This document shows, in pieces, positions 11,421 through 26,245 of a stretch of 64,000 bases of DNA (its first letter is position 1; each line of letters begins with the position of its first letter). Location: the NCBI GenBank assembly GCA_951406725.2, contig OX597820.1, positions 76,322,001 to 76,386,000 of the forward strand, given 5' to 3'. Source of the stretch: Octopus vulgaris (taxonomy: Eukaryota). The position numbers were made by a program, and so were the translations under genes. The notes beneath the pieces are model-generated. The model did not search any database. It was given only the letters and a program-made list of their open reading frames with translations, and had not been told where the DNA came from.

Positions 11421-13382
11421 GTATATATATCAGACTATTTCTTTATGTGTCTGAGGAGAGGGAAAATGTTCGTGTCAACCGTGTTCAGTTAATAAATTGT
11501 AAATCTCTCTCTCTCTCTCTCTCTCTCTGCCCCTCTATTACTCTATCTCTGTCTCTATGTGTTCGTTTCTGTGCGCACGTGTGTATTTACCGCTAGTGCC
11601 AAAAAGCACTGTCGTTGAAGTTGTTTAAATATCTAGTTAGTCGTGGCAAATATACAGCTACTAAAGAGCCACGCCTAATCGTGTCATTTCAACCAGTGAT
11701 TAATTAGAATGAATGTAAATACATAAGTATTTTAGAGTGCTGCAGGTTTCGAATCCGTTAACCATAGAAATTCTCCTTGTTTATTCTGCAAGTGAATTTC
11801 ACATTCATCCGGTAAATAGTCTCCTTCAATTAGCATGACTTTTCTGTTCAGTCCCATGTTTATTTCAAGACTTCATGCTGATAGAGAAAGAACCGCTTTC
11901 TAACTTATATCCAAGGCTCCATCATTGGAATTTCAACATCAACAACAGGATAGTTGTATTTGTATGTATGTCATTATTCAGTTTCTTTCAAAATTCTTTC
12001 CAATGTCTTGTATCGCACGTCCGACGTACGATATAACGGGATAATAATAATGTCCCCGCAAATCGTTCGTTCTACTCAAGATACAGGTAACAACCCTCGA
12101 CAATACGCAACTCTCGGCTTTACACAGCGCAAGATGTCCTTACGTTCTCTGCGCATGTCCATTTGTATTGTAGCACATTCCAAAAGGAGCCAACCGATAT
12201 GGGTGTTCTACTTCTACAAACCAGTATATATGTATGTATGTATGTGTGTATGTATGTATGTATGTATGTATGTATGTATGTATGTATGTATGTATGCATT
12301 TATGTATGTATGTGCAGATTTATGTATGTATTCTCTTGCATATAGTTGCATATTTATACATGCTCATATATATTTAAATAATAAACTTCTGGAAAGTTTT
12401 ACATATTTTTACATTTCCCGTGATGGATTGGATCTGTAGTCTTGAAATTAGCTTTCTCCTTTCTGGTTTTGAGAAGCCTAATTTCTCAAGATTGGTATTT
12501 ATGCAGTGTGTCACATATCTCAGGGCTCTAATAATTACAGATATAAACGTGAACTAATTTCCACAACTGTGCACAATTGTGCATAATTTCTCTTCTCTAT
12601 TTGTATATGTATGCATGTATGTATGCATGTATGTATGTATATATGTATTTATATGGGTGTATATGTATGTATGCATGTAAGTATGTATGTATGTATGTAT
12701 GCATGTATGAATGGATGTATGTATAATTTCTTACTGTACTCTACGTTTCAGTCATTAAAGCGCGGACCTGCTGCGTCATAGCTATGCTAGATCCCATCCA
12801 TCCCTTTGAAGCAAATCTGGTATTGATCTATAAGTCTCGATTGATCCATGTTACAAGATGTCCACGTTACAAGATGCTTCAATTTAAAAGTAGATATGGA
12901 AACATACGCAGATACACACACACAAAATATTTCATGTGTGTGAGTGTGGTAGTGCTAAGGAATGAAATAGGAAATAATACGTAATGCAGAGTGTATATAT
13001 TTCTCAATTTGAGGCCAAGTGTTTCTTTCATTTTATTATCAATATCTGGTGCGCATTTTACACGTATCTCATTTTCCTTAAAAAAAAACTTTGTTTTTCT
13101 TGCCAATGTTTGGTGAATTACATTTCATTCAGTTTCAGGTCTGGTTCCACCATTAAGGTCACTTGTTCTTTATACGATACAGATTGTTCATGTGAAGAGT
13201 TTCTCCACAGGAAGTGCACTACACACGCAATCTTTAGGATTATTTGCTGCGAACACATTTCCATTCAACTGTGCGATAACACCTTGAATACATACATAGA
13301 TGTATTTGACGGATATTTGTCCTTAGCTTGTTTACTGATATACCTTCCAATTATTATTATTATTATCATTATTATTATTCCA

Positions 13383-13672
13383 CTCAAGCTTCTAAGGTCG
13401 CGAGTTCGATTCCCGGCCGCGCATTGTATTCTTCAGAAAGTCACTTTACTTCACATTTCTCCAGTTCAATCAGCTTACAAAAATGAGTAGTACCTGTAAT
13501 TCAACGGGCCAGCCTTGTCACATTCAGTGTCTTACTGAATCTTCCTGAGAACTATGTTAAAGGTACGCGTGTCTGTGGAGTTCACAGCCATTCGCTCGTT
13601 AATTTCATGAGCAGGCTATTCCGCTGATCGGACCAAATGGGACTCTTATCATTATATCTGACTGAGTGCCAC
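13383..13672 (+). mobile_element. tRNA-derived SINE with Nin/Deu-like domain (family C)
   Basis: B box GAGTTCGATTCC and GTCTGTGGAG..CAGCCA..CGTTAATTTCA.GAGCAGGC; reverse copies at 46953-47100 and 48907-49060. Confidence 0.65.
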
Positions 13673-14436
13673 TTAACGTATTAAGTATCACACAATTCTT
13701 CACAGATTGCCGATAATATCAAAATCTTTCAGTTACGATCATTTCTCATTTATATATTTTATGAATATATTTTGCTTTTAGTGGATCTGCATTTTTGAAC
13801 GAATCAACAACCGTATAGCAATGGAACATAACTTAATAGTGCAGAAAGGATAAACTGCAAGGTGGATCTCAGCAGAATATGGAAGCAACAAAGTGCTATA
13901 ACGCATTTAAAATGTTGGTAGTCAACGGTTTGTGCAAATTTCGTTGCATATCATTTTGCTAATAACATTAAACAACCTGTGAAAGGTTCTTCAACATTAA
14001 ACACCACAATTACAACAAAACAGTGTTTTATTTTTATTTATAACGTCTTGGAATATTTAAAATAATGGACGAAATATTAGACGCAGTGTCGTATTTTAGG
14101 CACTTTATTGCCTCGGAGAGTGAAAGCTGAAAGCCTCTAAAAATCATTTGAAGAGAACCCACAAGGAACCTTCGTAACGATACATGGCTTGTCATTATGA
14201 TTCGGTTAATGTTAAGAATCGTTTTTTTTTTTTTCATTGTTTAAATGAATCGTGAACGTTAGAGTTTAATCAATGCCAGAGCAACCCAAGTTATTGTATA
14301 TTTGATATTTTGTTTATAGCGTTCGCTCTTCTTTAGATATGTTTATAGTCAAACTGAATTTAGTTTTGTTACAGAAACGCCATTTCTGATGCAAGACCTG
14401 TAATGGGTGAAAGACTGGAAATAATAGGTACAGTGC

Positions 14437-14505
<69 letters not shown>

Positions 14506-14576
14506 TATAAATATATATATGTATATACATATATATATATAAATATATATATGTACATACATATATATACATATAA

Positions 14577-14678
<102 letters not shown>

Positions 14679-15146
14679 GTGTAGTTGTGTATACGTCATA
14701 TAAGTGTATATATACATAAGTACATGTACGTACACGGAAGCACACACACGCACACATGCACAGACATATATGTGTGTGTGTTTATGTCAAGTTATATATA
14801 AAACAATTTACGATTGAGCGAAGAGATTGCACAATATTGTTTAGTAGAGTATATATTCATAAAACTTAAACAAGAAGCAAAGTGATTGTGACTTCGAAGT
14901 TTCAATCTGCTAACTTTTATCCACTATTGTACTGTATATGTATGTAGGCATATATTACATTATATAATTAGGGCTTAGTAAAATAAATTACTTTGCCACA
15001 TACTGAACTTTCTAGAAATAGCAGCCAAAAAGATTTTAGCCATTTCCACTACTTTAAGAAAACTTCTCTCAGATAATGTTTACTCAAAAATAACCCACGA
15101 AGGTATGGAGGTAAACACAGTAAAATATCACAAGTACAAAGATTAT

Positions 15147-15209
15147 TTGAGAACGTCAACGTTTCTAGATTAGCCGAACTAAAACTCAGCATTTCTTTCG
15201 TCAGCTCAA
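15147..15209 (-). ncRNA. Type-I hammerhead ribozyme (C3-G8), copy 1
   Basis: TTGAG-CTGACGA-A-AGA.GCTGAG(ttttag)TTCGGC.TCT-A-GAAACGT-TG-ACGT-T-CTCAA. Stem I 5 bp, stem III 3-4 bp, GUU site; closing of stem II is atypical (A/A). Confidence 0.6.
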
Positions 15210-15709
15210 CATTTCTTAATTTTGGATTTGAAAGCACTAAAAAAATGAATATACCATCCGATAATGTATCACCTCAGACAGACATCTTCAAACTGGCAAT
15301 ACTAGCAAATTCAAAATGTACAAGCGAAGATTCTTGTTCCTTCCCCTTCCACCCACGTGAGTTATCTAGTAAACATATTTTAACGGTAAGCACCGTAGCA
15401 AAGAACAGAGAAGGGAATTATAATATTAACAATTGAGGGTAAAATTAATTAGTTATTAATCAATTTCACCAAGTAGTGTTCAGTATGTAAAAGGACCATT
15501 TAAGGCGAATTCAAAATATTACATTATATAATTAGGGCTTAGTAAAATAAATTACTTTGCCACATACTGAACTTTCTAGAAATAGCAGCTAAAAAGTTTT
15601 TAGCCATTTCCACTACTTAAGAAAACTTCTCTCAGATAATGTTTACTCAAAAATAACCCACGAAGGTATGGAGGTAAAAACAGTAAAATATCACAAGTAC
15701 AAAGATCAT

Positions 15710-15772
15710 TTGAGAACGTCAACGTTTCTAGATTAGCCGAACTAAAACTCAGCATTTCTTTCGTCAGCTCAA
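15710..15772 (-). ncRNA. Type-I hammerhead ribozyme (C3-G8), copy 2
   Basis: Identical to copy 1, 563 bp away. Confidence 0.6.
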
Positions 15773-16193
15773 CATTTCTTAATTTTGGATTTGAAAGCAC
15801 TAAAAAAATGAACATACCATCCGATAATGTATCACCTCAGACAGACATCTTCAAACTGGCAGTACTAAAACGTTGACGTTCTCAAATGATCTTTGTACTT
15901 GTGTGATATTTTACTGTTTTTACCTCCATACCTTCGTGGGTTATTTTTGAGTAAACATTATCTGAGAGAAGTTTTCTTAAAGTAATGGAAATGGCTAAAA
16001 TCCTTTTGGCTGCTATTTCTAGAAAGTTCAGTATGTGGCAAAGTAATTTATTTTACTAAGCCCTAATTATATAATGTAATATTTTGAATTCGCCTTAAAT
16101 GGTCCTTTTACATACTGAACACTACTTGGTGAAATTGATTAATAACTAATTAATTTTACCCTCAATTGTTAATATTATGTAGGCACATATATA

Positions 16194-16605
16194 GGCGGTG
16201 AGCTGGCAGAATCGTTAGCACGCCGGACGAAATGGCTTGCGGTGTTTCGTCTGCCGCTACGTTCTGAGTTCAAATTCCGCCGAGGTTGACTTTGCCTTTC
16301 ATCCTTTCGGGGTCGATAAATTAAGTACCAGTTACACACTGGGGTCGATACAATCGACTTAATCCGTTTGCCTGTCCTTGTTTGTCCCCTCTGTGTTTAG
16401 CTTCTTGTGGGTAGTAAAGAAATAGATATTTCGTCTGCTGTACGTTCTGAGTTCAAATTCCGCCGAGGTCTACTTGGCCTTTCATCCTTTAGGAGTCGGT
16501 TAAATAATACCAGTTACGCACTGGGGTTGATCTAATCGACTTCATGCTTTTGTCTGTCCTTGTTTGTCCTCTCTATGTTTAGCCCCTTGTGGACAATAAA
16601 AAATA
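16194..16605 (+). mobile_element. Family B SINE with tandem duplication of its 3' two-thirds
   Basis: Full copy to about 16424, then it restarts at TATTTCGTCTGC. Confidence 0.85.
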
Positions 16606-16663
16606 TATTTATATAGGTAGATGAAATAGTTTTTTTGTTGAATTTTCTATCACAGAACAGTAC

Positions 16664-16772
<109 letters not shown>

Positions 16773-16989
16773 GTATATATATATGTATATATATGGAACA
16801 AAAACGTATTAGAGGGCATTAAAACGTTCGGACAGATAGACGAGACAAAGGCAGACAAGTGAAACAACAATTAAAAGAACAGGCAAAAAAAGACGGGTCA
16901 TTCTTGACTTTCTTTCATCGGTCAAGTACCAGAAGTCACGACCATTTCAGACGGAATAATTACCATAAAGCATTGTGCAGAATATATTG

Positions 16990-17180
16990 TATAAAGGATT
17001 GTGGGTAAGGCCACACACTCACATGCACATCGGCAACATTCGTCTATTTTTTGAAAATGGGATCATAACCCCGAAATATTGAATAAAAGGTAAGTGTACA
17101 TTTATTCTCACATTTGTTTTCTTGTGATTTACCTTGCATTTACTTCTAATTGCTTTTGGCCTTACCCACAATCCTTTATA
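16990..17180. mobile_element. Short element with perfect 24-bp inverted arms enclosing a hammerhead-like motif
   Basis: TATAAAGGATTGTGGGTAAGGCCA (16990-17013) and its reverse complement (17157-17180). Confidence 0.6.
17045..17085 (+). ncRNA. Minimal hammerhead-like motif, U3-A8 variant
   Basis: TATTTT-TTGAAAA-T-GGGAT(cata)ACCCC-GAAATATT-GAATA; one stem II mismatch and one extra T in stem I. Confidence 0.5.
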
Positions 17181-17199
17181 TAACACACACACCCACATA

Positions 17200-17635
17200 G
17201 GCGCAGGAGTGGCTTAGTTGGTAAAAAGCTTGCTTCCCAACCACATGATTCCGAGTTCAGTCCCACTCTGTCTCTCCTTGGGCAAGTGTCTTCTACTATA
17301 GCCTCAGGTTAATCAAAGCTTTGTGACTGGATTTGGTTGAGGGAAACTAAAAGAAGCCCGTCCTATATATGTGTGTATGTGTGTGTGTGTGGGGGGGGGT
17401 GTGTGTGTGTGTGTGCGCGCGTGTTTGTTTGGGTGTCTGTGTATGTCCCCCACCATCGCTGAATAGCTGATGCTGGTGTGTTTACGTCCCCGTAACTTAG
17501 CGGTTCGGCAAAAGAGACCGACAGAATAAGTCCTAGGCTTATAAAGAATGTCCTGGTATCGATTTGTTCGACTAAAGGCGTTGCCCTAGCATGGCTGCAG
17601 TCAAGTGACTGAAGCAAGTAAAAAGAAAAGTAGAG
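17200..17635 (+). mobile_element. Family A SINE
   Basis: Full-length diverged copy. Confidence 0.85.
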
Positions 17636-18503
17636 TTAATGCTTTCCACTCGTTGAGTTAGCTTTTTACTCTAAGAGTACAATAGACTTCTTCTGTTTGT
17701 GTCTGCATACAGGGGACAAGCTTTCAATTTAGTTTAAGTTATTATAGATATAGACTTACTCTTGTGGAAATATTCGAATATGGAGAGCAATTTCAGTGTA
17801 ATGTCGATGTTGGTTTATTAGCTACATTTGAAACATATATATTTTCCATATAGGCAATATAGATTTTATACTTGACAATCATAAGTAATGTATCAAATAT
17901 CGAGAAAATATCCGATATCAAATATATTGGTCCTGTTATGTACGTGGTATGATTTATCGATATTGGCTATATTATCTAATGCTAAATATATTGGTCAATA
18001 TTAACTATATTCGTATTAACGGTATTGTCTACACTCAATATGATACCTTTATCTGTTCAGTTGGTTATATTCAGTGTATTTCAATTTTATTGTCTCCCTT
18101 AGTTATATCAGTTATGCTCCATAGCTTGGTTATACAAATGTAAGAGAAATTTCTATATTTTAGGTTCTCCATTGTTTTGTTGTCGAATTTTATGAAGCTC
18201 AGCTAGAAACATTTCCCATTTCACATGGATTAAACAAATCTGAATAAATAAAAATTATAAAACAAAATATCGATTGTCAGCACGCTTTCAACGCAATTTA
18301 TCCAAAGTATTGATGATTTTTTGGTTTATATTAATTTTAGGCGCTAATAAACCCGAGTAAGGCCGGAAAAGTTCAGATAGACCTGAAAGTTATTTACATT
18401 AAGTATATCAGTTATAATGCCTATGTTGAAATGTTTGGTTATTCCGCCGCTTATACATACTTGCTTTATTGACTATTCATTCATACATATTTATATATGT
18501 ATG

Positions 18504-18611
<108 letters not shown>

Positions 18612-18933
18612 TATAAATTTGACATGGGCGATTCTTTCTTGTCTTGGGATTCACGGACAAACGGTTGGCTGGTATTGCACGAAAAATTACATTTAAAATG
18701 ATCCAGTGTTGTTGCTGGCCTTTGTATTTTTCATAGCTCCCATGGTTACCGAGATAATCTACTATAACACTCTTGTGTTTATGAATGAGAAAGGATAGAT
18801 GAATAAGGAAGGAAGGGGTGATGTCATACTTGGTAGTGGGATGATGAAAATTGTACGCTGAAAAATAAATCAAACAGCGTTTCAACTCTGTGTGAATATA
18901 TGTGCTTGCATGTAAAAGGAGGTATGTGAATGC

Positions 18934-18964
<31 letters not shown>

Positions 18965-19461
18965 CGTGTGTGCATGTGCCCGCCCAATGGAATTGGGATG
19001 GTTCATCTTTGTTCGCTTAGTATTTAGATTTATTTTTTGATTTCGTTGAATCTTGGTGAGTTTTATTTTTTTGTTGTTCAGCTATTTTTAGCGTTTTGAC
19101 CGAAAGAAACTCATTCTAAAATTGTTTTTAAAACATAAGCGTGCCAAAGTCGAATGCTTACACAGAGCAGGTTTTACTGTCCAAATATATATATATATAT
19201 ATTCACTTGGCTGCCTTTTCGATATCATTTAAATAGTTTTCAAATTTTGACTCGAGATTAGCAATTTCGGACGGCAGGTAAGTGGATTAATATGTCAAGT
19301 GTCCAACTGGTACCTATATTACTGATCCCGAAAAAAGATGAAAAAGAAATTTGAACTCAGAACAAAAGAATCGGAAAATTGCCGTTCAGCAGCTTGCGTG
19401 GCGTGCTAACGATTCTGCCAGCACGCATAATAGTAACCAACGTTAATGATAATAATAATAA

Positions 19462-19496
<35 letters not shown>

Positions 19497-20224
19497 GTGT
19501 ACGTGTGTGTACAGATAGACAGGGAGAGAGACTGATGTTTATATACACACATACTCACACATACATCTATATATTGACTCCGTTGGCTGTTTTTCTATAT
19601 TAGTTATATTAACTATGAAAAAAAATTTATAAAAAAGCTAAACAGACACATTAAAAACGAAAAAGTGTTAAAGAAAAAATAAAGACAAAATTACTTTTCT
19701 TCTGACGATGGTGAAATAAAAGATTTATTTTGATTGCTTACATTGTGAAGCAGTATATAGTATTTCGTTTCTGAAACGTCACTCCGCATTCAAATTACGA
19801 CATTTTCATTTCTATATTTGATTCGTTTTATTTTCTTTTTCTTCATTTTATGTAAAATACAGCGGGAAAAATATTAATTTCCATATTTATGTCAAAACTA
19901 TATACGTTTTGATGTTTTTGTCGTTCTTTTTTTAAAAAAATCTTCACTGAAAAATGATAAATCGTTGAAACACTAGTGTTACAGCGATGTGGTCTTTCGG
20001 TTTTCTTTCAATTTTTTTTTCACTTTTACGAAAAAGAGAAGTATTCGTTTATTAACTGTGACAACGATTTTTTTCAATTTATATATATATACACATATAT
20101 ATTCGTATTCATATCTATATATAATTGTGTTTTTTTTTTTTGCATTGGGTCTATGTAATTTTATAGGTATTTGCATACGGACGCGTTGATACTATTTTAT
20201 ATTCTTATGTTCATATTTTCATAT

Positions 20225-20263
<39 letters not shown>

Positions 20264-20591
20264 TGTGTACAGGCATATATAAATACACTAAAACATACAA
20301 AAACCCACAACAATTTCACAGTCTTTACTTTGGTGTGAAAAACACACCGCCAAAAAATAAACGGTATTCCTTTATATATATATATACACATATGTGTGTG
20401 TGTGTCTATGTATTATAAAGAACACCGTTTTTTTTTTGGTGGGGGGGATAAAAGCTTCAAAATATAGTCTGACCCATTTATTTCAAAATAAAGTCTGGTT
20501 TATCTATCTATTGGGAACACTTGGGGACAGCATTTTAGTGGGATTGACAATAAAGTCATAATTTTATAGTTGTTGTTACTGTTGTTGTTGT

Positions 20592-20623
<32 letters not shown>

Positions 20624-20919
20624 TTGTTGTTTTTGTTGTTGTTGATGTATTTTAGCACCAAGATGTCAATAGCATTCCAGCTGTGACTATATACAGTCAT
20701 ATTTTTTTTCTTATTCCATTGTGATAATGAATTCTATGTCTGTCCATGAAATTAATGTATAGGTGGACGAATATTCCATAAACACATTACTCTTGGCACA
20801 ATTCACGGGTTGAATCAGCGCAAAGCAGTATGGGAAACCAGGAGCTTTGAACAGTTAGCATAATCTAGGGAGTTCAAGAGGTAGCTAGCTAACTAACTAG
20901 CAAGCTAGGCAAATAGCTA

Positions 20920-21360
<441 letters not shown>

Positions 21361-22499
21361 GTTAACACAGGGAGAGTGGAGAAAGAGAAGCGCGGGAAGG
21401 GCTAGTGAGAGAGTCAAAGAGAAAGAGAGAGAGAGGGTGAAAACGAGAAAGAGAATCGTCTCTAATACTAACAATTAATCAACACAGATCGAAATGCAAA
21501 ATCTATTTGAACTCATACTGAAGGGAAACCGGGATTATATACCACAAGGCACACTGGGCGCAGCTCCACTGGTTCTGCCAATATACTGTCATAGGCGGAG
21601 TACACACAGCTCTATTATCCAGCGTTGTCTTTCTTTCTTTCTTACGGCCGTAAGATGTCGCTTCACAGGATTTTGGTTGCTGCCTCTACTAAATTGACCA
21701 ACTGCGTACAAGATCTCTTGCTGCTACGCGGTTCTTTGTTCTTGAAATTGATATAGCTGCTGTTGTTGTTGTTGCTGCTGTTGTTTTTGTTGTTTAGTTA
21801 CTATGATTAAACAAAACATGATTTAACCGTGTCCAAAACCGTTTCTTGAGGTCCACAGATACTCAGCCATAGATACACATTTATTCATATATGTATGTTC
21901 ATATGTATATGTCCGTGCAAGTGTGCTTGTGTGAATCTGTGAGTATGTGTGCGTGTGTGTCTGTTGCATGTGTGTGTGTTCGTGCGCACAAGTGCAAATG
22001 TACAAAGCCAGAGAATCAATCCCACACTGCTAAACGATTCACAGAATTACATATACTCTATGACATGTATTGAGTACTCTTTACCATGTTTGTTACATAA
22101 ACTACCTGTAAAAATATCAGTAACAAAGAAGCACCATCTCTTACACCCACGCAAATAAACACAAAGACACAAATTTACGTATATTTAGGAAGCTGCTGTA
22201 CGGACTAAGCCTCGCTTAAGAGATTCAAGAAGACTGAAACATGCACAGTGTATTAACTGTAGCCACAACAGATCAACGTCACATTATAAAAACATCATTG
22301 AAGAACATTGCTATAAAATACACTTAGAGACAGAAAATGCTAGAATGACTATCATTTACTATATTGTTTTAGTATCTCATTACTTTCTCGTTCATCATTC
22401 GTCTTCACTCAGAGGTTTGTTCTGTGTTTTGCTTGTAACATGCGAATGTAATCGTGTAAACAAACCGAAATTAGTATCGGTATAATTGATAATAAATAT

Positions 22500-22665
22500 A
22501 TATAAAGAACATTATTACTCATTAGAAATAATAATATTAGTGGCCGCAAGTATAAAACCGTACAGGCAAAATTAATAGGTATATATAAAAATATATGTGA
22601 CATCAGAACACTAAGAAGCACCAGCTTAGCTAAAAATAGGAGTCAAAAACAAGCCGAAGCTACAA
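22500..22665 (-). repeat. Unclassified dispersed repeat
   Basis: Reverse complement matches 41970-42125 (TTTGACTCCTA.TTTTAGC ... TATTAATTTTGCCT ... ATGAGTA.TAATGTTCTTTATAT). Confidence 0.55.
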
Positions 22666-23019
22666 GAATTAAGACTAAATTTTTATAAGCATGGTTGAAA
22701 AACTTAAGTGAATAAAGATTGTGTCTTAACTCTACAAAATTGCAAGGACTGCCAGTTAATTTGATATCAGAGTTCGAGTTTAGTGTCCAAAGCACTCAAT
22801 TGCCTTAAGCCATATCTACTCGTAACAATACTGGTAATTCTCTTTCAGTAATGGATAATTCGGTTTCTACTGCAAATGAATTTAAGACGTAATTTTGAAA
22901 AGTCCGAATATAGAGATGTCTTTGAAATGCAATCTTCATGAGATCGAATTTCGATGAAACAAATGTAAATTGCTATAATAAAAAGACTTGCTCATTCCAC
23001 TCTTCTTGTTTATATACAA

Positions 23020-23094
<75 letters not shown>

Positions 23095-23231
23095 CATATA
23101 CAATAAATATACGCACACACACTCATAGATGTGTGTGTGTGTGTGCGTATATATATATAAATATATATATATATATAAACTACATATACATATATATATA
23201 AACTACATATATATACATACATGCATACATA

Positions 23232-23620
23232 CAGGCGTGGCTGAGTGGTAAGCATCTAGCTTCACAACCGCATGGTTCCGGATTCAGTCCCACTCTGTGG
23301 TACCTCGGGCAAGTGTCTTCTACTATAGACTCGGGTCGACCAAAGCCTTGTGAGTGGATTTGGTAGACGGAAACTGAAAGAGGGCTATCGTATATATGTG
23401 TGTGTGTGTGTGTGCGTCCCAACATCGCTTGACAACCGGTGCTGGTGTATTTACATCCCCGTTACTGTGCGGTTCGGCGAAAGAGGCTGATAGAATAAGT
23501 ACTAGGCTTACAAAGAATAAGTCCGGAGTTAATTTGTTTGACTAAAATCTTTAAAAGCAGTGCTCTAGCATCGCCGCAGTTAAATAACTGAAACAAATAA
23601 AAGAATTAAAGAAAAGAATA
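23232..23620 (+). mobile_element. Family A SINE
   Basis: A/B boxes, CORE-like segment, tail. Confidence 0.85.
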
Positions 23621-23633
23621 ACAGAATACTTAC

Positions 23634-23664
<31 letters not shown>

Positions 23665-23670
23665 CATACA

Positions 23671-23704
<34 letters not shown>

Positions 23705-23937
23705 CATACATACATACATACATATATACATACATACAAAAATACCCTGTTGTTGATGTTGAAATTCCAATGAAGGAGCCTCAGATCTCGGTTAGAAGCC
23801 GGTTCTTTATTGGCAAGAAATCTTGAAATAAACTGAATAATGACCTACATACATACATGCATGCATACATACATACAGATATACATACATGCATGCATGC
23901 ATGCATACATACATACATACATACATACATACATACA

Positions 23938-23969
<32 letters not shown>

Positions 23970-24367
23970 GCTATGTACCGAAACGTAATGTAAGTACACC
24001 GTGAAAGTCAAATTTACAGAGGTATTCGTCCTGAGATAATAACTCATGCACGTATCGTGTTTAATAACGCAAAATATATCGTTAGAGACAAAAATCGTAT
24101 TAACTTCGGTAGATCAGAAAGCTAGATGCATTTCTGCTTCATTGAGCGTTCTCAGTAAAAATGTACTCACAACATACTATATGCAAGCGCTTTCACCGTG
24201 ATTATTACATAGCAAATTATCCAATCCACTGTCATAAACATCCGAAGATTGTCAGAGCGTAACCCACACTAAGAAAGCTGAGAAGTTTTTAATTCCATTT
24301 AATTTGTTAGACCTACATTCAGTTTTGAATAACCTGTTTTTTCCCATCTTATTTACTCATAGGTTCC

Positions 24368-24455
<88 letters not shown>

Positions 24456-25026
24456 GTCTGTCTGTCTGTCTGTGTGTCTGTCTATCCATCTATCTATATA
24501 TCTATCAATCTATCTTTTTTTATCACGATCCCTTTCCATCGAAACTTTATTTTTCTCCCATTTTTTTTCTATTTTCGAGAAAATTGTATTTTGTCCCCTC
24601 AGTGTTCGGCCCTGTGAGGCTAATAAAGAAACTTATCAATCTATCTGTTCGTCTGTCTGTCTATCTATAAACATCTGCGTGTTTGTGTGTGTGTGTGAGT
24701 GTGTGTGTGTGTGTGTGTGTATGAATGCTTGTTATAAGGAATGTGTGTTACAGTGAAAGTATGTGCAGTAGTAAATGTGTACACGCTTGGGATTGTGTTC
24801 GTTTGTAATCTTATTCATGCATTTAGGTTGAGTAAAGCAGAGGACGATGTCGACCGACACTACGGATGAGAGATCCCACGTGCCCTGCGTGAGCGCACGA
24901 GTAAACTTGCTTACATCGACATGCATATATATTTACACACACGCACACACACACACACACACACATACACATACCTACACACGATCACACGCACGCACAT
25001 CTACACATATAGGTTTCTATACATAC

Positions 25027-25057
<31 letters not shown>

Positions 25058-25368
25058 TTTGTATATATATATATATATACTTATAAACATGCTTACCTGC
25101 AGATATAAGAATATTTATACACTTGAATATATACATATATGCATGCATAACCCACATTCATCCATGAATACATCCGTTCATACATACATACATACATACA
25201 TACATACATACATACATACATACATACAAGCCTACTAACTTACCTACTTAGCTACCTATATACATATACACATGCATACATGCACCCCCCCCACATATAT
25301 ATATATATATGCACGCACACACACATATATATGTATACATACATATACACATACAGACACACACACAA

Positions 25369-25399
<31 letters not shown>

Positions 25400-26107
25400 T
25401 GCATATATATATATGCATACCAGCGTGTGCCAATGAGTACGTGTTTGCGTATGTATCAACGCTGATATTATCGTTCTCGATTTTAACTTTCTGAAGATAT
25501 CAGCGGCATCAACACCTCTCCCATCTTCATCTGTTTCTCCATCAACCGTACCGCCATACCACCACCATCACCCCCAACAGCGCCACACCGAAACCCCCAA
25601 CACCGCAACTACCACTAGTAGTGTTTCCAGTAACAACAAGAAAACCAACTCAATACAATCAATAAATATATAAATATATATACAAAAAAAAAATGGCTTT
25701 AGCATTCATTGTGGCACAAATGACAATGTGAAATCCTGAAATCCCGCAGGAGACCAGGAGACAGTAAGATGTGTTAAAATACCACAGACGTTGTCATTCA
25801 TTCGGACAGCAACCTGCTTAGATATGCAAATTTATTCAACTTCATCAGACTTTTGAGTCTATAAGTGGAGGACGGTCCTAATATGAATTCTCGGTTAGAT
25901 TTATTATCTTTAAACGGGGATAACAAAATAAAAAAAAAAATGAAAAAGCTGTATATGAGGAAATAAAGAACGAACATGAAGAAAAAGAAATGGAAGATAA
26001 CGTAAAAATAACTACGAATGAAAACAAAAGAAGAAAAAGAGAAAATAATGCGAGAGAAATAAATTCTTTTGCCGCTGCTACTACTACTACTACCACTACT
26101 ATTGTTG

Positions 26108-26174
<67 letters not shown>

Positions 26175-26209
26175 CATCATTATTATTGTTTTTGTTGTTG
26201 TTGTTGTTT

Positions 26210-26245
<36 letters not shown>

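Larger units (their letters stand above)
14951..16178 (-). mobile_element. Penelope-like/retrozyme-like element: 563-bp tandem unit plus inverted truncated copy
   Basis: Direct repeat 14953-15303 vs 15517-15867, inverted copy 15868-16178; TATGTAGGCA present at both flanks (14941 and 16177), consistent with a TSD. Confidence 0.8.

Noticed and set aside
19700-19785. CTGACGA ... GAAACGTC spaced like a hammerhead
   Set aside because: No stem I or stem II pairing.
23762-23812. ATGAAGG-AGCCT..GGTT-AGAAGCCGGTT motif (related reverse copy near 11890-11935)
   Set aside because: Positions 3, 8 and 9 do not fit the core and stem I is absent; treated as an unclassified repeat.
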